A stretch of DNA of 62,875 nucleotides, counting the filler, from Choristocarpus tenellus KU-1152 (taxonomy: Eukaryota > Protista > Phaeophyceae), in the NCBI GenBank assembly GCA_964200185.2. It is 8 parts of 8 records of this genome, joined end to end, with 100 filler letters (N's around TTAATTAATTAA, not from the genome) between each part and the next. Parts side by side here need not be neighbours in the genome. Positions count along the whole stretch, not along the records: positions 40,721 to 46,121 come from CAXNAD020010910.1; positions 46,222 to 55,870 come from CAXNAD020003506.1; 6 more parts are not named here. The stretch is one strand, 5' to 3'. The first letter of the stretch is position 1. Each line of letters starts with the position of its first letter. Below are positions 40,721 to 54,200 of this stretch, in pieces. Below the pieces are notes generated by a model. It was not told where the DNA came from. It saw nothing but the letters and a program-made list of their open reading frames with translations, and did not search any database. A program made the translations under genes and the position numbers.

Positions 40721-42627
40721 GGGCTTGGCAGCAGCAGAGGCATGCCATGATCCACATGATCAGGAACCATCTTATTGGCCCTCACTGCTCTGCCACTCGT
40801 GCTCCCATCACCATTACCTTTCCAGAACTCGGTTGTAGGCTGGGGAGCTAGCCCCTGCTAACTCCTTGTGCCTTGAGCTGCACCCAGACGGCTTGTTCCT
40901 CCCCCTACACTTGAGGATTGATGTCCAACGCTCCTTGGTTGTTGTCTTTGCCCTGGCCCATATCCCCTCCCAGGCCTGTGCCCATATCACGTTGCTGTGA
41001 CTGCCCCTGCTGCTGATGCCGTTGCTCCTTCTGGACTCCAACCAGCAAGCTCCGGCATTGAACATGTTTATGGTTAACTTTCCCACATGCATCACAAGTC
41101 CCTTTGAACTTGTCCTTCCTTACACTCGAACCTGTACTATATGTACCTCCCCCGGTTTGCCTGTTCTCCCAAAAAAAAATCTTCCCCTCCTGGTGCTTGC
41201 CACGGGGTTTGTCTTGCTTGCTTTGTTTTTCTTTCAATGCCTGGGTCCTCTCATACGCCCTCCACTTCTCAACTTGCTGTTACAGGCGAATAGCACGAGC
41301 ATTTCTTCTCATGTTTTAGCAAACACGAACATTTGTACAGATGTATAGTGCGAGGATTGTTTCTCTCGTTTCTAACAAGTGCGAACAATATACGATATTA
41401 GTAACACATAGGTTAGCCCTACAGAATAAAATATGATTTAATATAAGATACAAAGTAAGATTCGGAATGCATACGTAACACTACAGAAGAAGATGTTAAA
41501 GTCCCTAAGAAGTTGCAGAATAAAGGTTTATGATTGGAGTACATGTAGAGCGGTTGCATAGAAGACCAAAGAAATTGGGTGGATGATGAAAATAATAAGA
41601 AGGCTTTTGGTGAAACACCTTGACCACTCTTACCTACCAGTTCTTTTCTCTTTATCTTGAACGAAACTAAACTTTGAGTCGAGCTTTGAGCTAAGCACTT
41701 AGTGGAATATCATGAGAGAAGAATACCTGACACCCTTCAAACTGTTATCAAGGGCAACGTTCCCATAGCGTCGTCTTAATGTCATTGAATTTGAGTTACA
41801 TATCCTATGGAGGTCAGTTCTCAGGTGCACGCTGTAACATTGCTCCTTCACCAGCTCAAAGATCTGATCTGGGTCTTTTTTAAGTTCAGGGTCCCATGAT
41901 GCATACTTGTAAATTTCTGCCTTGAAAATAGCTGGTTTGATCCCAGCAATAAAGGCTTCCAAGAAGTACCTTCCAGGGTTTTGCCTTCCAAGTCTCCCGT
42001 AGTTGTCCTGCATTCTGTTGGAAAACGCCATCCAGATTGTTACTTCTACATAGCCTTCAATATGTCCTGGATCACTCCCATGACTCGATCAGTGCCGGAT
42101 CATTTATTTTCCCATCCGGGCCACCCTCTCCAAATCCCCTTGGATTTGCCCAATGTCGAATGTGCAGTCTTCGTCATCGACTCACGTCACCATCTTGAGT
42201 GCTTCCAGGAGTTGGTCCTCCGTTGCTGCAGCTCAATTGTTCGTGAGTTCACTCTTCACCAGTGCTCGTCTCTGAGTAACGGTTAGGGGCTCGGCCAGCG
42301 TCATAAGCAATTTGCACATCTCCTTTTGAGTTCTGCACCCTAACGCTCAGCTCATATTCCCACCGAGCTGTCAGAAACTCCCCCACCTCCTTCTCTGCCA
42401 GTCTCCCAACCCGCAGAGGTTGAATATGCTGTGCTATCTGGAGCTTAGACCAATCAGTCTCACGCAACCCCCCCCAGGCTGCGCCAGGTTCATTTCCTTC
42501 GTTCCTCGACATGTTGGACCCCTTCAATCTAGTCGCTCTGCTGGTTTCTACCTTGTTGTGTGCACTCCAAGGTCCAGCAAGCTCCCATAATCACATGTTA
42601 GCCTCCCTCAGTTGATTCTGGCACCAT
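40721..42627 (-). pseudogene. LTR-retrotransposon gag remnant with CCHC zinc knuckle, interrupted by a solo LTR
   Basis: CDACGKVNHKHVQC matches CX2CX4HX4C. Upstream gag-like pieces at 42527-42249 and 42031-41840. Possible PBS TGGTGCCAGAAT at 42626-42615 directly after ..CA. Confidence 0.75.
41278..41839. mobile_element. Solo LTR (562 bp) with 4-bp TSD
   Basis: Ends TGTTACAG...CTGTAACA (perfect 8-bp inverted termini), flanked by TTGC/TTGC. Removing it restores the gag frame (VKEQ|VEKWRAYERTQALKEKQ). Confidence 0.88.
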
Positions 42628-42829
42628 GCTCGATCCTATGGTCAGGTCTCGAGAATTCAATTGAATTATAGACAGTTCAACCACAGTAACTGATCTATGA
42701 TGGTTTGTAAGGACTCTACCCCAGGTGGGGTTTACAGCTCTGTTGTTTGTTTAAGGAGTGAGCATAGATCCTCTGTCAACCACAACATTCCTTCAAATAC
42801 CAAATAATGTAAACGCCTCATCTATGGTA

Positions 42830-43330
42830 CAAAACCCTCCATGCTGTGTTTACACACCCCATTGGAGAGCTTCCTAGCGCGGGCCACATCTGCAAGGAAG
42901 ATCTCCTTCGTAATATAGCCCTTATTCTATGCCAGTGGGGGGTTGGTAGGGTCCTCAGTGGGGTGAAGGTACACACCTTGCCCATTTTTGATGATGAAAA
43001 ACCACTTCTCGTCCATATACACCCAGCCATAAAGATCGTCCACTAATACCCCACATCCCCCCCTCCTGTGAATGTGTGATGACGACGAAACCCGCTCTAT
43101 TGACGTTCTGCTGGTCTAAGAGGACTGGATTAATCCATCGCTTGAATTTCTTCGCCTTCTCGCACTTTCCTCATATCCCACAACAAGGCAAGGGAGACCC
43201 CAGCTTTGGCTGCCCATTTTCTTTATGTATGTGCGGTGTACCAATGGGACATCCCAAACGTCAAGGATACTGTATGGTATCCATATCACCCTTGCAATGT
43301 CCTAGAAGGTCCATGCTTTCACCCCGTGCG
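42830..43330 (-). pseudogene. Tc1/mariner transposase remnant, DD39D (plant/oomycete mariner) type
   Basis: FKRWINPVLLDQQNVNRAGF..DDLYGWVYMDEKWFFI..NKGYITK..FLADVARAR, with stops and frameshifts. Resembles the family motif HxDEKWF..KSKxFIxKVMFLxAVARPR. Confidence 0.78.
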
Positions 43331-43879
43331 ATCTGGCTGTCTTACTCCTTCAGGTGACGGAACAACGCACTAATTCAGGAAATTCCGAAGTCCTCCATGA
43401 TGGCCAATGCTGCCCCTTGAGCCATCCCAGTCTCATGCCCTCTTGTCTCCAGGCATCGTGCCACCAAATGTTATTCTTAATCGGGGTGTTTGAGTCCTGA
43501 ACCCAGACAGACTTCTGGGCCGAAGAATTGTGACCGACGGGCGATGACGGGATGAGCGAGCCCCTCAAATGACGGGGGACATTCGTCCTAGACATCCCAA
43601 TAACACCCGCTTTAACAGTTTCACGAGGTTTTAAACTCCATAAAATGCGACTTGGTCGACTTTGCACCGGCAAGCCTCCACGGTAAGCCTCCACAGTCAT
43701 GACAGTCCACCACCTCAAACTTTGCACGACTCCCAATCTATATGAGCACTGAGCCTCTTTCAGATGGTTTACACGTGGCCATCCTGGGGTAAGAACGGAG
43801 CTTGTAAACGTTATGTAACATTCAATTCCGAACATGCGTTACTTCGTAATATATAGTAAGAGTATGATTATCAATCATG

Positions 43880-44431
43880 TGTTATGCCGAATATTTTGTC
43901 CAAAAAGTGGAAGTTTATGAAATAATCTGAGTTTTGCAGGCAGGAGAATTCTGGGAGTGATGGTGTACGGGGACCAAGTGTTGATTAAGGTAAAAAAGAA
44001 AGAATGAGGTGGACGAAGAGTTAAGTGCTGGGTGCTAGGAGGTAGAAGAGGTAGGAAGGGAAGGGACAGAACAAAAGCTAAACTTGAGGTTGGTGGGACA
44101 GGACAAACAGGACTAGAACAAGGCAACCTCCAAGCAATCTTTCCCACTCACCCACCCTTTCGATTGTTTATGACCATCTGGGATGCTGGGGAAAGGGGGA
44201 AGGTGAAGTAGTAAGGGGGTAGTGAAGTAGAAAGTGGTGGAAAGTGTTGTGAGGTTGGGTGATGTTGAATGGTGTGGTGGAGTGGAAAGTGGTGTGGAGG
44301 AAGGTGGATGGATTCGCTGTTAAACATAGGCTACTCGTATGTTTTTCTTGATACGATAGAGTGCTGACTGTTGATTGGTCCGCTGTATTGGTCATTACTT
44401 TCACTTCCATCTCTAGCTCATCATCATAACA
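43880..44431. mobile_element. Possible second solo LTR (552 bp)
   Basis: TGTTATG...CATAACA termini, but the flanks TCATG/CCATC are not an exact TSD. Confidence 0.35.
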
Positions 44432-44989
44432 CCATCATCAACTATCTTCACACCACTACAGTCCATAGGAAGCATCAGAACAGTCACAACACATCATACA
44501 CAGATATAATATGTGTCGCTTGAGTTGCATCAGACATTGATTCGAGTTTGTTGCGTTATTTCTTTGTTTTTTGTTTTTCCCTTCCTTCTTCTTCTTCTGA
44601 ACAACAAAAGACTCCAGTTGAATGTCAATTGTTGATTATTATTTTTCTTGACCACCATTGCCCCCTCATAATACACCAAGTTCACTCTGCGTTAAGTGTA
44701 CCTGCTGCACACCTGGATGCCATATATTCAGAGTTAAGACATTCACACTAACCCTAACGTCAAGTTATCAAGCCTCTTCTTAGAGCGTGCATTTCTCCCT
44801 TTGAGGGTACCAAGGAAGGATGTCGAATACACATCATCCATCTTCTGACTGAGCAAGTCATGACTTTAGTTGAAACAGAACAATTCACCGGTGCTTTGCG
44901 GCACTATGACACCCCCTTTGCATCACAAACTATCCATTGCACACGAAAGCACGCATCATTCGATTCAGGTTTCAACATTCGCCGAAATT

Positions 44990-45370
44990 AGTCGCATTGG
45001 TTGGCGACTGGAAACTGGTGGCGAAGATTGGTTGCTCTAGTTTGTCATTGGATGTGGTTGGTGGACTAGAAATCAGTGGTGAAGGGTGGTCGCACTGGTT
45101 GGTTATCGGATATGGTTGGTGACTGGAAATCAGCGACGAAGATTGTTCGCACTAGTTGGTCATCAGATATGGTTGGTGACTGGAAATCAGTGACGAAGGT
45201 TGCTCGCACTGGTTTGTCATCAGATATGGTTGGTGAATGGAATTCAGAGGTGAACGCTGGTCACACTGGTTGGTCACTGAATAGGCTGGTAATTGGAAAT
45301 CAGTTGCGAAGATTGGCCGTGTTGGGGGGTAATTGGAAATCAATGACGGAGGTGGTCTCACCAGTTGGTC
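44990..45370. repeat. 57-bp minisatellite (GATATGGTTGGTGACTGGAAATCAG core), ~6 degenerate units
   Basis: Appears as a 19-aa periodicity (SDMVGDWKS) in ORF 45076-45420. Confidence 0.85.
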
Positions 45371-45956
45371 ATCAGTGTTGTTACAACAGGGGAGGAGGTG
45401 TAGAATGGGTGAAATGCTAACACAATAATAGTCAAAAATAATCCAGAATTTGTGAGCAAAGCAAGATCAAGAATAGCATTGATTACATTTTGTTTGATCA
45501 TGTAGCACAACGGTAAACATTTGCATGGGGTAGGGGGTCTGAGATTCACAACATAAGGAAAGGATTCCAACACCGGGATTGCCATCATACAACAATGTTT
45601 GAAACAGAAAAAGAGCACCAGGGAATGAACATCGGAGATCCAATATTTTCAGGTCTGTTTAGTGTTATTATTGTAATAATCATTGTAGTCGTGTGATACA
45701 TCCTACTTCGTTGTCAGGTATGATTAAGGGCAGAAGAGCAAACGTCACATTTGTTGTTTCCATACCAGTGTCCCCTAGTGCATGCATTTATCGTAGGCAT
45801 TGCAAGAAGAAATGATTAGGTTGAATGGCAATGGAGGCAGGGAAAACCTTTCCATAAGATTAAATGTTGAAAACTACGATGTATTATGTTTTTCTCCATA
45901 GAGATATACAGAAATGCAGTGCCCCTTCTCTATTGTCTAAGTTGAAATGTTCCAGA

Positions 45957-46121
45957 GAGCTAAAGTATCTTAGAGGGTAGAGCCGCGTCCATTTGGGGGT
46001 CAAAGTCCAATGTTGCCATTTTGATGTAATTTTTGGCTATCATGTTTGTTAGGAAGTGTCAACATCCTTGTTCCGGACACACCTTCCATAACATACACAT
46101 TTTACCTACTACGAAATATTT
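45957..46121 (+). mobile_element. Family B TIR element, left end (cut by contig end)
   Basis: GAGCTAAAGTATCTTAGAGGGTAGAGCCGCGTCCATTTGGGGGTC, matching the 38396 and 18073 copies. Confidence 0.7.
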
Positions 46122-48848
46122 NNNNNNNNNNNNNNNNNNNNNNNNNNNNNNNNNNNNNNNNNNNNTTAATTAATTAANNNNNNNNNNNNNNNNNNNNNNN
46201 NNNNNNNNNNNNNNNNNNNNNGGGGGGGGGTATCATAGGTGAAGGGTCATGATGATGGTTTCAAAATCGCCGGTCTTGAGCTTGAAGTCCTAGATTAGAT
46301 TTGTTGTATTTCTTAAATATATGCATGTAATTCCATCATTCTTGGCACCATTTTTGCCTGTGTCTCAGGCCTTATATATTCCTCAATCAAAATACAATAT
46401 GAATAATCAAAGTGAGAGGTTCAGCATTTTCTTTTATGTTTTTATTGTGGTGCCGTCTTCCAGTCTCATCGTCTACTTACAGACTTGAGGATTGGAGCTA
46501 CATATTGAAAAATTGTACGCGGCATCTTCGAGCCTCATCATCAGCCTACAGGCTAGTGGGCTAGGGCTACATATCCCATCAAGGTAAGCCGCTGGGAGTG
46601 TTTGTAACAGGGGTTCCCCAGGCGTGGGTGACTCCTATTTGCATGGCACAAGTTGTAACTACTGCTAATACTGTCCCCATTCGATTATCATGCTATACTC
46701 TCTCCACCAAATTTCATGCTTCATGCATACACTAATTTTTACTTTAATATTGCTCAGTCCCTTCCCCAACACAGCAATAGAAACCGCGATTTTCAGACCA
46801 CCTACATACAGTAATGTAGTGCTTCAAAATGTTTTTACCAAATGAATTGTGATAAAATATCGTCGCAAACTTGCAGCCCTATAATGATGGAGGAAGCACA
46901 ACTATGTTATTCAAACCAATTGGTTAGACACCAGACTGCATGCACTCTTCTCCTACCTATAACTGATAATGTCCCGGTCTTCACTATCTGTGTTATCTCT
47001 TTGTATAACATAAAAACGTCAGACCAAACACTAGTTGACAAGGATTCAGCAGCACCAAGACTGATCCGCAGGACATGCAAAGCAAGTCAAGGGAGGAGGT
47101 GGAGGGACAAGCTGTGGAATGGCCGAGCCTAATGCAAACAGGAGGGTCACATCACTTATCATAGGATTTTGCCACAGTTACAATTCACCGAACATAATCA
47201 ACATCGTAGACTTAACTTGAAATCCCAACACCAAGGTACGTTCAGAGCCAAATCAATTGAGAGGTAGATAGGATTGCATTTAAAGAAGAGAATGGACAAA
47301 AAGACACAATTTTTTATAAAAATGTAGAAAGAGCCTCTGCTTAATTTTGGTTTCATTTTGTGTGTGAAAGTGGGAATATCAATTTTGCGTACAGAACTGT
47401 GCACAGATAAAGCAATCAAATAGAGTATACTACAGGGAGGGGGTAAGAAAGATTACTCAACATGAAAAAGGTCTGAACTTTGTTTACCTCTTACATGGTT
47501 TGACAATCAAGGCACGCACTTGTATTGATAGTCTATGTACCACTTCGCTATATCAATCCGCCTCACTCACAACCTCAATCCATACAGATTATTGGAGGCA
47601 CAGGAAGGTAGTAGTACAATATTGATAGTGGTGAAGTAACAAATAGATTAGTGTTTTTCACATTTACAGTGTTTTATAGTGTTTTTCAAATTTATGATAT
47701 TTTATTTCTTTTGGGCTTATACTGACATATGCACAGTTTTCATTTGTTTCCCCCTTCATAAATAATAAATAATAATAATCTGGAAAATGTAAGAGGGCAT
47801 AATAATAATTACAAATTCCTTTCATATGGAGGGAGGGGTTAACCCACCTATCTGTTATGGTTTACATACTACCATAAGATTTAACCAATCAATCGTGTGG
47901 AAGCAGACTTTGTGTTTTCTTTGCCTTTTCCCACGTGCTTGCTACCAATTTCTTTGCATTTGCAACCTAGCAATATATCAATCTCGTTTTATTGAAGTTG
48001 GAATGAATAACCTTTTTTTGCAAAATGGAATTTGTCAACACAATAAAATATATTTGTAGTTTTCAGTATATTATTATTATACCGACATCAATATAGTATT
48101 TATTATATTGTATCAATGATGTTACACCTCACTTTTCTATATTATGAGAATTGAGGTGAGATGTGGCAATCAGAGAGTTTTTCTTTTGGTTAATATTCAT
48201 GTTTTATTAAGATAAAATAGGATACTTCTAAAATAATACTGTGATATATCTGCAAAATGTCAGAGGGTGTAATAATATAAATACTCTCTCATATTATTCA
48301 TGCATCAGTATTTTGTTTTTTCGGTGTGGTATGATGGATTGCAACATATGCCATCACTATTGTATTTATTTTACGTAATTGAGTTATTTTTTTGATGGAG
48401 GTCTACTATGCTACGAAAATATTTTTGTTTATTGGCCTTAACCCAAAAATGGTATGAGAATATCCAATTTCTCATTAAATTCTGTGGGTTCCAGAAGATG
48501 TTGTCATTCCCTCATTTCGGATTTCAGATTCGTTGTCAAAACTGTTGCAGTTTTTCAATGGTTCCATGAACAGGCTATTCGGTATTTGGTAGGTTCTTCC
48601 TCTTATGTTGTCATCTTACCTCTCTATATAGCGGCAATTCAAATATGTAGAACGCTCGACCATTATGTGGTAAGTTGTGTACGTGTTAAAGTGTGGGGGT
48701 GTGGACGCTACAAGAATCTACTTCCATTACCTATCAAGCAGTGAGTGCATGTGAAGACGAAGGCCTACGGAGGTCAACAGCTCGAAGGCATACCTGTGGA
48801 GGACTTCTCGTTCGTCTTGTTCCTCCAAGTCTCTAGGCGTTGTGGAGT

Positions 48849-51218
48849 ATGGGATGCAATCAGTCTGCCCAAACTTCAGGTGTAGACCTAAAAGGAAAAT
48901 GTGGAATAGAGGAGGGGGAATGCCGACCTTCCATTTCTGGCAGAGAAATTGCTTCATCAATGACCTCGAATTTGAGCAACGTTTACCTCGAGAGAATGCT
49001 GGAAGAAAAAAATGCGGTTATGGAGGGGAAGTCGAGACCCCAATGTGCACTAACGAAGATGGGATTTGGAAACGAGAAACCTCATCTAGCAGTGGGATGG
49101 ACCGAGGGGGACTCCGCGAATGAAGACATACAAATACATACACCCTTCAACCTAACGTTGGCAGATATCGACGTTAAGCACCACATTGCTGATGGAGGGT
49201 TTTGTGCGTTGTATGCGTGCCTGTATCGGGGAAATGATGTGGCCGTCAAGGTTCCAAGGTCATCTTGCTCAGACGTTCGTTGTGCAATAGAGAGCGTCAG
49301 GAATGAAATAGAGATATTCAAGAGGCTTCAGCATAAGTACCTCTGCGGCTTCTATGGAGCTGGGCAGGGTAGTGACGATCAGCCCTTCATTGTCCTTGAA
49401 GAGCTTCAACGAAATCTGGCAGAGCTATGTGGCACGGATGCTCCTCAGGATGAAGCACCATTGAGGAAGATGATCAAGCGCAAGAGTTTGAAAAGGCAGT
49501 TGCCGTTCCGACGACGGCTGGAGCTAGGACTAGAGTTGGCAGAAGTTCTCAAGTACTTGCACGAGGACGCTATCCCTGGTGGATGTGTTCTGCACCGGTG
49601 AGAGAGGGAGAGAGAGGGAGAGGAAACGATACTTGGGAATTATGTATCGCACGCCTCGAGTCGTTTTTGCTCCCATCGTCTATAGCTGGTCTTGTCCTGG
49701 AATTTTTTTTTCACGCTTGTTTTTGGTTGCGTGGTGTGGTGTGTTGTTCTTGTCAGTGGGTCATTGGTCCCATACCTCTGATGGAAGTGTGCCGTTTGAG
49801 TAAATGCCAAGTATCGAAAGCCTTACCATCACTGAAGGTATGACATACGAATTACTACTGATGTAAGAGTATGGTAAGGGCAAACCAAAACGTTTAGCAG
49901 GGTTTCAAACTGTGCTCTCTGATACTTACGTATACCCTTTATCACCTGCTTTATGGGTATCACTCTGCCACTCTGCATCTCCGTTTATGGACAGTGACCT
50001 CAAGCCGAAGAACGTTGGACTATCACATGACGGGCATATCAAATTGTTTGACCTGGGGCTAGCCAAGGTGGTGGAGAGTCGTAGTTCCATCAATGACAAA
50101 TATGAGGTAAGAAGGAGAGATCTGGAGAATTAATCCTTGCACTTACCATACTGTAGTGTGTTGTTGTACTGAGCTGGCATTGGCCAGACGGCATTCCGTT
50201 TGATTCAACAATGAGTGGCGCCGTGGTGCTACAAGAATCGAGTGTTGGAGAGGGGAAAGTCAACTGATTTTGAACCTTTGTCATCTGACCTATCTAGATG
50301 ACTCCAGAGACAGGGAGCCAGCGATACATGGCCCCAGAAGTGTTCAAGGGGGAGCTCTACAATGAGAAGGTGGGGAAAGTTTCAGCATACATCAGCATAA
50401 TTGAGAAGTGAAGTGTGTAAGAGAGAGTGCTTGGCTTGTGCTGTTTAAATATGTGTAGATTTGGAGTCATCAAGCTCCGTTCTGAATTATTTGCCTTCGA
50501 CAGATATGTAGTCCATGGCAGGGAATGAATTGTGACATGCTCGTGAGAGTACAATGCCCGATTCTGAGATGAGTGGGTGGCTTACAAAGATATTTGTTTG
50601 AATCGAATAGGTGGATATGTTTTCATATGGGCTCATATTGTGGGAGATGGTGTCGCTGAACCAAGCCTTCTCATCCATGTCAACGGCAGAGCACACCCAG
50701 AAGGTGAGTTTACGTATTGTCATCCAGAACTATGAAAATTTTTCAGAGATAGTTGGTCAGAGTGTTAATACATAACACAATCTTGGCAACCCTTAATATA
50801 CAATACCATAGTAAAGGACAAGCAATGGTTTGTAGTGAATGGTATGGTGGATGCCTTGAAGCAGTGGAGTCTCGGAGTAATGAGCATGGCATTTAGGTCA
50901 TATGCAGCAAGCATGGTTGTAAGGGGTGCGTGGTTATTCGATGTTGCTCTGGACAGGCAGTCTCCAAATTGGAACGTTTTGTGATCTATTCTTGCATGTA
51001 CAAAGCTAATTGCACTTCTATTCCGTGGCTCTTTTGATTTGTCTGTGGCAACTGGTAAGGTGGTGGAAGGTGGATTGCGACCTGCATTGGATAATAGCTG
51101 GGCAGATGAATTGCAAGAGATACTCAATGGATGTTGGCAAAGAGAGAGTGACCAACGCATCACTGCATCAGCAACAGTCATTAAGCTGACATGTCTTCTT
51201 AAAATATCTGACTCTTAG
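48849..51218 (+). CDS. Tyrosine-kinase-like (TKL) Ser/Thr protein kinase with N-terminal MGC acylation motif
   Basis: Exons 48849-49597, 49995-50106, 50298-50369, 50611-50703, 51060-51218 in phase. Motifs VAVK, NEIEI, HRDLKPKN, KLFDLGLAK, TGSQRYMAPE, KVDMFSYGLILWEM, GLRP, CWQRESDQR. Confidence 0.93.
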
Positions 51219-54200
51219 ACCTTTATGTGATTGTCATGGCTTTTCAGTGAAGGTGTGATCACTACTAGCAACAGGTCTTCAATATGCTGGGGCCACGTTT
51301 ACTTGTATTTAGTACTAGTAGTTTGTGAGTGTATCTTACTGTATAAGATCTTCCACCAAGAAACTGGTGGTGCTGTTTGTTGTTAGCAAGAAATGCCATA
51401 ATTGCACAAGTAGTGCACTAATGATTACGTGTGTTGAGGGAGACCTGGCACTTGGATAATAACTGCTGTTAGCTCAAATCGAAGGGAGATATCTGGTGAA
51501 GTTTACGTTTATTTGATAGAAAGTCAGCTCTGTGGGATGCTTTACCAAACTGCAACAATGTGTGGCACAGAATATGGAGCAATATTATCAGTGGTGTGAA
51601 GGTTTATTGCATGATAAGCTCTTTGTCCATGTATGGTGCCGTGAGGTATTGAAGTCATCCTCTGGATTTTTTAGTCAACATCATTTACTCTTTCCATTAT
51701 TGCACATATTTCACATGTTCATTCATACGTCACTCTTTGATGTAGATCAAAATAGTTCCATATTTCTTCAGAGAAAGTGCATGTATATCAACCAGAGGAC
51801 TACTGTGGGCTTGTTGGAGTATTGATTGGTAACCGTGTAGAATTGGTGGGGGTGAATGATTTTACTGGTGTGGGCCTCCAGGACGGCATAGTAGGTTTTG
51901 TAGGTGGAATACATGATTCAATGACAGTAAAGAAAATCTATTCTGAAAAATCTTCGGTCTTGTTATAGATCTAGGGTTGCTTCCCCTCTAGAGATAGCTC
52001 TCGTAGGTCACTCACTTTGCCTTGGGCATTATTTGCGTATTTCCAATTGTAAGTGGAAGTGTTGTGTAGGTGATATATTGCCATTGCTCTCTATGAGCGC
52101 CCCTCCTCTCTTTGGGACCATCTACACTGCTTTGGTTCAGTTTTAGAGGACACCAGGTCCAATCACGATCAGACTTGAACGATGTCTTGCAGACATCATA
52201 CCAATCCAGTGGTACCTTCAAGTCTGGGGATGGTGTTTGTGTTGTGAATGCCTTGAAAAAGGTGTGGGATAGGATGGCAGGGGTTCATGGAAGCTCACCA
52301 GTGAATTCGCTGGGCCCACCCCCCTTCCTTGGTGTGGCGAAGGGTCCTGCACAGGACAATGAGCAGCAGAAGCTACAATGTGAGAGGAGATTCTAACATT
52401 ACTAAAGCACTATGAAAACAAAGAGCAGCTGGGTGTAGGGGTAATGATGAGGTTATATGGCATTGTTATGTGTTGGTTGCGTCCATCACACACTGCTGGT
52501 GGAGAGCAGGGGGTATTTGTTCAACGTGTTAGATATAATCATGGTATTTAAGTGTGCGTGTATTTGTCTACCAAGTAGAACATTGAGGTATATAACGTTT
52601 TGTCTTACTGTGTTGCTTTCTTGTGAGTAGCAGAGGCCAGAACTCCTGATGCTACATACATGTGTATACAGCTACTCAATATAACTGAATCCCAGCCCTC
52701 CAAGGAAAAAAAAAATCCTAATGTCTATTGTGTTATCCTTTTAGCTGTGAACACGAAATAGTATCATCAGCGAAGATGCAGCAACGGCATAGCCTCAATC
52801 GCCCATACCCTCTGTCTCCAAGGTTTTTGAGAGTTGCAATGGGAACCGTATGTGTAAAGAAGCTGTTGTCCAGGGATAAGATAGATTGGCTCAGCAATTG
52901 TTGATAATAACCCGTCCCAATCTTTGAGGATACAGTATGCCACTCACCACCCTCAGTCGTGTAGCACGGTATGTATGAAAGGCTCGAGGACCAAACACAC
53001 CATCCCCCAGCTTGTAAAAGTCTGTGATGGGTTGAGTATGCCATGATAGTAGCAAGTCATCATCTAAGTCTAAGGAAGAGTTGATCAGTCATCCTTGAGA
53101 ACTAACAGGAGTGCTTCTTCCATGCCTATTGGTCAACTCCCCTGGAGCCTCTCACCACTTTACTTTTTCTGCCAACTAAATGAAAATGACTCAAAATGCT
53201 GAGAGTCGCATGTACACTCATAATCATGAATGACACCAATTGGGACCACCAGGAAGTCAATCAAGTGGTACAGAGGAGAAGAATGTACTGTCAGAGCAGT
53301 CTCCTACACTGTCAGAAGTTAGAGGAAAATGAATCTTGGATATGACAGACAATATTATAGCTGCAGGTATTGGTAGTTACGAAGCTGTAGATATTCTCAA
53401 CTGTCAACAACCCCCCTTCCCTTCTAACTCCAGTCCAACCATTAAAAAAAACATTGCTGAGGGTATGCTTGTCACACAAAAGTATTTTGCCTTTGTATAT
53501 CTAGCAGGGCCCTGATCCTTGATGTCTTCATTAGTTGAGAAATTCCCTGGTCACTTTGAAGATTATAGTTCATTCAAGGAACTGATAGTTGAACATACAT
53601 GTACGCATAGATAGGTAATCCTCTTCTTCTCAAGCAGGCATGGATCCACCACTGGCAAAGTTACCCCTGTTACCCAGGCACAGCCCCCTCGTGGCTACTA
53701 GTTGGCGGCAATTCAGAAAATCTTCATCTGACTGGATGTAATCCTCCTCTAGAACCATAGTACTGTAGAGGGGGGTCAGGCGTCCATTCGGGACTGGCAT
53801 GAACCTTTAGTGATTTTCGTGTCATCTAAGTGAACATGTCAGATGTAACAACAATTTACTTCATCTGAAGGCGCCTTCCTTTTCCATCCCCATGCCGGAA
53901 CCAAATCCGAAGGAAAATCTCTCACAGCATGGGCACCATCTGGGATATCTTACAACACCACATCAAGCCCCAAATTTACAACCTGGGCTAAACATCTCTC
54001 CCTCTAGGATGCTCCAGGAAGCACAATTCGCAGATACATTTTTGTCAATATATCATTGAGGCATGCACGCCTGCTACATGCATAGATCTGAGAGCAATCA
54101 GAGGCAATACCCTGGACAGCTTGGAGGTATTAGCAGCAGCAGTAGTATTTGCAGGGGGGACTTTGTAAATCACGCAAGCACACATCTTTTTTTGTGGGGT

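Noticed and set aside
44990-45420. Regularly spaced repeats as a CRISPR array or repeat-protein gene
   Set aside because: The whole 57-bp unit is repeated with no unique spacers, there are no cas genes, and the context is eukaryotic TE-rich DNA. It is a minisatellite.
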